Source: an uncultured bacterium
GTDB lineage: Bacteria; CSSED10-310; CALFER01
Assembly: GCA_937951895.1 (NCBI GenBank)
Contig: CALFER010000034.1
Span: 137,674-201,673 of the forward strand
Direction: 5' to 3'
Length of the DNA stretch: 64,000 nt
Shown: positions 59,750-64,000 of the stretch, piece after piece
Numbering within the stretch: position 1 is the first letter of the stretch
Layout: each line of letters opens with the position of its first letter
Notes under the pieces: model-generated
Databases searched by the model: none
What the model saw: the letters and a program-made list of their open reading frames with translations, nothing else
What the model was told of the DNA's origin: nothing
Made by a program: the position numbers and the translations under genes

Positions 59750-60315
59750 GGTTTCTCCTCCATCAATCGTCTCAACATCCGCCGCGCCCGCCCCAGTTTC
59801 GACGTGACGGTGTTGACGCAGGAATGAGTCATGTTCGCGATTTCGGTCGATGAAAACCCGCCGAAGTAATACAGACAGATGACGTCCCGATATCCATCCG
59901 CCAGTCTCCCGATGGCATCTCGCAAATCCTCGCGATCAATTTGCCGGGATTCCATCCGATCGGCTCCCTCGGCATCGGCTTCGATCGGGATATAGTCATC
60001 GATGTTGATGGTGTTCCCGCTGCGGCATCGTTTTTTCCAGTACTGGCGGCACAGGTTGAGAGCGATGATATAGAGGTAGCGTGGAAACGAGCGGTGATCG
60101 GTCAATGTTGCGAGTCGGTTGAAACCTTCCTGGAAAGCGCTTTGAATCAGGTCTTCGACTTCATCCTGCGGAATACCGCGCTGGTAGCATATAAACAGGG
60201 GGATTTTCCGGGTCAGATCGATGAGTTCGATGCAGGATTGTTCGTGCCAGGTGCCGGTTCGGAGATACTCCAGTTTGATCTTTCCGACGATGTCCGCGAT
60301 CAGGTCATAATTCAT
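59746..60315 (-). CDS. ECF-subfamily sigma-70 factor
   Basis: 189 aa. Region 2 (DLIQSAFQEGFNR..., RYLYIIALNLCRQYWKK) and region 4 HTH (YFGGFSSTEIANMTHSCVNTVTSKLGRARRML). Confidence 0.8.
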   Translation of the reverse strand: MNYDLIADIVGKIKLEYLRTGTWHEQSCIELIDLTRKIPLFICYQRGIPQDEVEDLIQSAFQEGFNRLATLTDHRSFPRYLYIIALNLCRQYWKKRCRSGNTINIDDYIPIEADAEGADRMESRQIDREDLRDAIGRLADGYRDVICLYYFGGFSSTEIANMTHSCVNTVTSKLGRARRMLRRLMEEKP

Positions 60316-60541
60316 ATGGCGAATCCCATGGATGAGATACTACATCAAGGAGGGTTCGCCGGGCGAGATTCGTGCAAGGAATTTTGGAGTTTACTTCATC
60401 CGGCGATGCAAGCTATAATAACTCAATGTATGTATTCATGAGTTTCCTGAAGCGTGATCCAGTTTTTTCGCGGAGTTGAAGAAGCCGACGACTAGGTTCA
60501 TCACTTCTTCAGTGACCGCGAAGTGGTAAGGAGAACCGACT

Positions 60542-61723
60542 ATGAAGTTATGGAAACTTGGAACTCTGGTGATTGCCGTCGTGGCTCTGATGGTTGGACT
60601 GACATTTTCCAATGGCGCCGCCGAGGATAAAACCTGGACCTATGGTGGAGTGGAATACAAGCTTCCGCGCCCGGCGGATCAGGTTCAACTTCCACCCAAT
60701 ATTCCGGAATACCATGTCGTGGCCAGCGGGGATTGTCTGTGGAATATCTCCAATCAATACCTGTCCGACCCGTTCCTCTGGCCGCTGATCTGGGAAGAAA
60801 ATCTCGACACAGTCACCAACCCGCATCGGATTTTCCCGGAACAGCAGATCAAATTGCCGGGTGGCACCATGGTTGCGACCGGTGCGACACCCTTGAATGC
60901 GGAACCAATCACGGAGGGATCTTCGATGGCGGGTGGTGCCGGAGAAACCGACACGGCCGATGCCGACATGGAAGAAGCGGCGGATACCGGTGACCTGTCG
61001 AGCCGCGTCGTGCCCGTCAAGCCGCATCCCGTGACATCGGTGACGTCGGTGATCGCGTCAGGCTTCATCTCAAAAGAAAAACTGGACACTCCGACGATCG
61101 CCGGTTCCGAAACCGAAGCCCTCGATCTCGCCCGCCCCGACATCGTGTTCGTGAATGCCGGAACAGCGAAGGGATTCGAAGCGGACAAAGAGTATTTCGT
61201 GGTGAGAAAAATGCGCAAAATTTCTCACCCGGTCTCCGGTAAAAATCTCGGATATCTCTACCACGTCATGGGCGACATCAAGATCCTCTGCGCCTCCGAA
61301 GACTCCTCATCCGCAATGATCCGCAGCACCTATCACCCGATCCTGCGCGGGGATTTCGTCATTCCGAAGGAAGACATTCCGGTTCCCCTCACGAGTGGTT
61401 CACCGGTGACCGATCCATGCAATCCCTCCAGTAAAAAACTGCCGGGAACCATCGTGGATGTCTTCTACGGAGCAGAAAAATGCACGGATGCCGTCGTCGT
61501 CGGGCGCGGGGATATCGCCTACATCGATCTCGGAAGCAAAGACAACGTCGGCCCCGGAGACTACTTCACGATCTTCAAGAGAAACCTGGATGATCCTTCT
61601 CTTCCGCGCTATGTCTGCGGAGAAGCCATGGTCGTCCGGGTCGGCGAGAACACATCGACCATCGTTCTGACCCAGAGCAAGACCGGGGTGTTCATCGGCG
61701 ATCAGATCGAATTGAAGCAGTAA
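60542..61723 (+). CDS. Secreted LysM-domain protein with uncharacterised C-terminal region
   Basis: AAGGAGA RBS 7 nt upstream. Signal peptide MKLWKLGTLVIAVVALMVGLTFSNGAA. LysM motif YHVVASGDCLWNISNQYLSDPFLWPLIWEEN...IKLP. Followed by a terminator. Confidence 0.6.
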   Translation: MKLWKLGTLVIAVVALMVGLTFSNGAAEDKTWTYGGVEYKLPRPADQVQLPPNIPEYHVVASGDCLWNISNQYLSDPFLWPLIWEENLDTVTNPHRIFPEQQIKLPGGTMVATGATPLNAEPITEGSSMAGGAGETDTADADMEEAADTGDLSSRVVPVKPHPVTSVTSVIASGFISKEKLDTPTIAGSETEALDLARPDIVFVNAGTAKGFEADKEYFVVRKMRKISHPVSGKNLGYLYHVMGDIKILCASEDSSSAMIRSTYHPILRGDFVIPKEDIPVPLTSGSPVTDPCNPSSKKLPGTIVDVFYGAEKCTDAVVVGRGDIAYIDLGSKDNVGPGDYFTIFKRNLDDPSLPRYVCGEAMVVRVGENTSTIVLTQSKTGVFIGDQIELKQ

Positions 61724-61747
61724 TCGAATCACGTGTTGATGTCGTCG

Positions 61748-61776
61748 GGAGGACCGTCACGGTCCTCCTTTTTTTT
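61748..61776 (+). terminator. Rho-independent terminator downstream of the LysM gene
   Basis: GGAGGACC-gtcac-GGTCCTCC hairpin followed by T8. Confidence 0.6.
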
Positions 61777-61871
61777 GCCATTTCACCTTTGATCTGCTAA
61801 TTTCAGTTGCATCATCTCATATGACCGGCAGGGGGTACCGACGAGGGCGGAGTGTCCGCGGGGAAACAACC

Positions 61872-62984
61872 ATGGATCAGACCGATCGAAAACGCAGGTG
61901 GATCGCGCTGAGTTTTTGGAAACAGTACGGCACGAGGGTTTGGCGAGATATCAGGGAACGGGATCTGGATCCCATGCTCCTGTTCGATCCGGATTTCGAG
62001 GCAACAGGCGAGTGTCGGGATCTGTTTGAAGACCCGCCGGCATCGGAACTCGGACGCCTGCTGGATCAGGCGGACCGGGAGATTCATCGCGAGAAATCCG
62101 GTGATCACCGGATCGTCTCCTGGGATGATGCCGCCTATCCGAACATGCTCAGGGATATGCCCGATGCTCCGATAGTGCTGTATTGCCGCGGAGATCCGAT
62201 GTTGTTGAATTCACTGTCTCTGGCAATCGTCGGCACGCGGCATCCGTCGAGCTATGGATTCGATGTGACGCGCATCTTCGCCCGTGAAGTTGCCTCACAT
62301 GGCCTGACCGTCGTCAGCGGCCTGGCGATCGGAATCGACGCGGCGGCCCATCAACAGGCGATTGATCAGAAAGGCGCGACTCTGGCGGTTCTCGGCTGCG
62401 GTCTCGATCAGGACTATCCTGCCAGCAACCGGGTCTTGCGATCCCGGGTGGAGGCCCGGGGTTTGGTTGTGAGCGAGTTTGTATGGGGGACTCGGCCGAA
62501 ACCGGAACAGTTTCCTCGACGGAACAGAATCATCAGCGGTCTGAGTATGGGAGTGATCATTGTCGAGGCGGGGATCCGGAGCGGAGCGATGAGTACGATC
62601 AATCATGCCCTGGATCTCGGACGCGATATCTTCGCGGTGCCGGGCCCGATCACCTCACCCATCAGCAAAGGACCTCTCAGGCTGATCCAGCAGGGTGCAA
62701 TTCCTCTCGTTGATTTTCAGGATATTATCGATCATTATCCAAGTCTGTCGCCGCATGCCGCTCCCCCCGATCTCCCGTTCCACACTCCCAGTCAATCTCC
62801 TCCATCGATCGATCCTGTTCTCCGCCCCCTCTGGAATCTGCTCAGTGCGCTTCCCATCCAACTCGACCAGCTTGTCGTCCGGTCGGGGTTGCCGGTTTCG
62901 ACGATCCATGCTGCTCTGCTGGATTTCGAATTGAAGGGTTGGGTAAGACAGCTACCCGGAAAGATGTTCGTTTTAACCGTGTAA
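61872..62984 (+). CDS. dprA: DNA-processing protein A (Smf)
   Basis: Rossmann-like DprA core with LAIVGTRHPS, SGLAIGIDAAAH, LGCGLD..YP, EFVWGTRP..FPRRNRIISGLS and C-terminal winged-helix-like domain. Start may be 61821 or 61872. Confidence 0.8.
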   Translation: MDQTDRKRRWIALSFWKQYGTRVWRDIRERDLDPMLLFDPDFEATGECRDLFEDPPASELGRLLDQADREIHREKSGDHRIVSWDDAAYPNMLRDMPDAPIVLYCRGDPMLLNSLSLAIVGTRHPSSYGFDVTRIFAREVASHGLTVVSGLAIGIDAAAHQQAIDQKGATLAVLGCGLDQDYPASNRVLRSRVEARGLVVSEFVWGTRPKPEQFPRRNRIISGLSMGVIIVEAGIRSGAMSTINHALDLGRDIFAVPGPITSPISKGPLRLIQQGAIPLVDFQDIIDHYPSLSPHAAPPDLPFHTPSQSPPSIDPVLRPLWNLLSALPIQLDQLVVRSGLPVSTIHAALLDFELKGWVRQLPGKMFVLTV

Positions 62985-63005
62985 CGACAGGACGAAGCTG
63001 CACTC

Positions 63006-64000
63006 ATGACGAAAAAACTACTCATTGTTGAATCCCCTGCAAAAGCCCGTACGATCGGCAACATACTGGAATCCGATTTCATCGTGCTTTCTTCGGTCGG
63101 CCATATCCGCGATCTTCCGAAGACTCGTTTCGGAGTGGATATCCCGAACAATTTTGCGCCGGAGTATGTCCCGATCAACGGGAAACAGAAGGTCATCGAC
63201 AAAATCCGAAAATCCGCCCGGGAAGTCGACGAAATCTATCTCGCCGCAGACCCTGATCGCGAAGGTGAAGCGATCTGCTGGCATATTTCGCATTATCTGG
63301 AGGAATTCGAGAAGCCGATTTACCGGATCCTGTATTATGAGATCACCCGGCAGGCAATCCTCAAGAGCCTCTCCGACCCCGGCCGAATGGATCTCAATAA
63401 GATCAACGCTCAGCAGGCTCGACGCGTGCTGGATCGAATTGTCGGATATCGGCTCAGTCCCCTGTTGTGGAAGAAGATTCGCAGGGGCCTGTCTGCCGGT
63501 CGCGTGCAATCGGTCGCGTTGAAGATCATCTGCGATCGGGAGCGTGACATCAAAGCGTTTATCCCGGAAGAATACTGGCTCCTGACCGCACATCTTCAAG
63601 GCTCTGTTCCTCCCCCATTCGAAGCTGTCTACCATGGTTCGGATGGGCGAAAGCGCAAGCTGACCGATCGCGGCATGACCGAAGCCATTCATCGGGAAGT
63701 CGCATCGAATCCGTTTGCCGTCGGCTCTGTCGCCAGACGGCAGATTACGCGCAACCCGCTTCCACCCTTTATCACCAGCACATTGCAGCAGGAAGCGTCG
63801 CGACAATTGCGGTTTCAGGCGCAACGAACCATGTCGCTGGCACAGGGACTCTACGAAGGAAAAGATCTCGGATCAGACGACCCGCACGGGCTCATCACGT
63901 ATATGAGAACCGACTCACCGCGAGTGAGTGACGATGCGCAACAGGAGGCGCGGCAATTCATCGAAGCCCGATTCGGAGCATCCCTTCTGCCTGAAAAACC
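63006..64000 (+). CDS. topA: DNA topoisomerase I (type IA), 3'-truncated at the window end
   Basis: Not in the ORF track because no stop is reached. The ATG at 63006 gives MTKKLLIVESPAKARTIGNILESDFIVLSSVGHIRDLP... (TOPRIM with catalytic E), continuing in frame to the window end. Classical dprA-topA linkage. Confidence 0.85.
   Translation, partial: MTKKLLIVESPAKARTIGNILESDFIVLSSVGHIRDLPKTRFGVDIPNNFAPEYVPINGKQKVIDKIRKSAREVDEIYLAADPDREGEAICWHISHYLEEFEKPIYRILYYEITRQAILKSLSDPGRMDLNKINAQQARRVLDRIVGYRLSPLLWKKIRRGLSAGRVQSVALKIICDRERDIKAFIPEEYWLLTAHLQGSVPPPFEAVYHGSDGRKRKLTDRGMTEAIHREVASNPFAVGSVARRQITRNPLPPFITSTLQQEASRQLRFQAQRTMSLAQGLYEGKDLGSDDPHGLITYMRTDSPRVSDDAQQEARQFIEARFGASLLPEK

Noticed and set aside
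1-64000. CRISPR arrays, tRNA/rRNA genes, insertion sequences, integrases, prophage remnants
   Set aside because: No non-coding stretch is longer than about 230 nt. Intergenic regions contain no direct-repeat arrays and no tRNA-like T-loop/acceptor signatures that I could find by eye. No transposase or integrase-like translations in any frame. A proper tRNAscan/CRISPR scan was not possible.

Overview
This window is GC-rich (about 60% by eye), very gene-dense (about 47 protein-coding genes), and reads as core chromosome of a Gram-negative bacterium. Supporting that: an LPS heptosyltransferase-like GT9, SurA, PilT, a Bat operon, mrdAB, smc, dnaE and a dprA-topA pair. I found no rRNA, tRNA, CRISPR array, transposase or integrase, and the longest non-coding gap is about 230 nt. 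The large antisense ORFs in the track are GC-driven artefacts shadowing real genes. In order, the window contains: a partial GT9 gene, argS, a rhomboid protease, a DUF2142-like GT-C membrane protein, a purM-purN fusion ORF, tandem pilT/pilU ATPases, and a minus-strand operon of a 1321-aa Ser/Thr kinase-AAA(STAND)-TPR protein + secreted hypothetical + TPR protein + a second DUF2142-like membrane protein. Next come a 1090-aa S8 subtilase, a GT4-GT4-WbaP-like sugar phosphotransferase operon, a GT-C-like membrane protein-dut-MBL hydrolase-purB-purF operon, rpsU, and a complete Bat-type operon (MoxR-DUF58-hyp-BatA-BatB-BatC-BatD-BatE). The remainder holds a SurA-like PPIase, CarD/CdnL, an atypical response regulator, nfo, the accA-mrdA-rodA operon, a radical SAM/SPASM gene interrupted by a 1-nt frameshift, dnaE, guaA, smc translationally coupled to an FHA-GAF-nucleotidyl cyclase, an ECF sigma/anti-sigma(TPR) pair, a LysM secreted protein, dprA and the 5' part of topA. 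The items most worth a second look are: (1) the frameshifted radical SAM/SPASM gene with two duplicated ~100-aa domains flanking the SPASM module; (2) the smc-cyclase coupling; (3) the kinase-STAND-TPR operon with two uncharacterised envelope partners; (4) three GT-C-like membrane proteins plus the GT4/WbaP operon, suggesting a surface glycosylation system; (5) the PurM-PurN fusion. All functional calls are from reading the translated ORFs by eye; no database search was run.
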